The notes beneath the pieces are model-generated. The model was not told the DNA's origin and ran no database searches. It saw only the letters and a list, made by a program, of their open reading frames with translations. Of a stretch of DNA of 64,000 bases, positions 63,243 through 64,000 are shown one piece after another. A program made the translations under genes and the position numbers. Source of the stretch: Squalus acanthias (lineage: Eukaryota); assembly GCA_030390025.1 (NCBI GenBank), contig CM059433.1, positions 17,982,001-18,046,000 of the forward strand, read 5' to 3'. Position 1 is the first letter of the stretch, and every line of letters begins with the position of its first letter.

Positions 63243-64000
63243 AGTAAGCTCCTTTGATTCTAACTTTTCAAAAATGTTAAAGAGAGTAAAACAAAGATGG
63301 GGCTCTCTAATGAGGAAAAGGCAAACCTTAAATAAAGAGGAACAAACTTTAAAAAAATGTAAAAACATTTTTAAAGTTTCTTAAAAATTTTAATTTTTAT
63401 TAAAATATGTAAGTTTGACACTCCACAAAATTAAAATTAATTTTCAGGGCCTTTGTTTAGCAGTCAATACGCTGTTAAAACCCCAGATACACCTAATCCA
63501 AAGGGGTCTAACTTTTAAGGTGGTGTTTAACAGCGATATTACCGCGGAAGAGCCAAAGTTTTCGTCAGTTTCCCTGATTTCACAGATTACACTGATTGCT
63601 GGCAGTGGAGGTTGGTAGGGGGGGCGGGGGTGGACACAGTGCAGCCAGTGTCTGAGCAGTGAATGACTGACCGCAACTTCAGGATTTCCATGTTAGGATC
63701 CACACGCGCTAAAACCTAAAGTTGCGGTCGGTTGCAAAGGGGTAATAACAGCGAACGCAAATTCCGGGCCATGGTTGCTCTAACCTCTCAATTTATCCAC
63801 AGATCTCCAGCCTTTCATCCTAGTTGCTATGTATTTAACTTTTACCTTATCCATGTTGTCTTTAAATTACTTCCACTGGTCGCTGATAGATACTCTGCCG
63901 TTTTGTCCAAGAAATTAATTTTAGCCGAGGTCCCTTACTTAGCACAAGTATTTTAAAGTAGTCCAAACAAAATCTCTTTGCAGTGAGCTGAGGAATAGCA

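Larger units (their letters stand above)
62107..63770. mobile_element. Second copy of the 18990 MITE family, interrupted
   Basis: Long colinear similarity to 19020-19662; ends AAATTCCGGGCC. Confidence 0.82.

Overview
Eukaryotic, repeat-dense DNA, almost certainly shark/elasmobranch (inferred from HE1-type V-SINE, Deu-SINE and HER1/CR1 LINEs). The only host gene seen is DLGAP2 (SAPAP2): three phase-compatible coding exons on + at 52197-52555, 56970-57064 and 60490-60905. The rest looks intronic and is filled with nested transposons. These include many CR1-clade LINE copies (two distinguishable families, some young), L2 fragments, three SINE types, hAT-type MITEs, two minisatellites, and two Penelope-like pieces with minimal hammerhead ribozyme motifs. 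There is also a dense set of PIF/Harbinger elements: two two-gene relics, one internally deleted copy and about eight MITEs. I cannot support a wholly new biological system. The best second-look items are the Penelope hammerhead insertion, the shared spliced 3-exon Myb/SANT gene in three divergent Harbingers, and a MITE nested in inverted orientation inside its own family. Family names come from recall of published consensus features, not from database searches.
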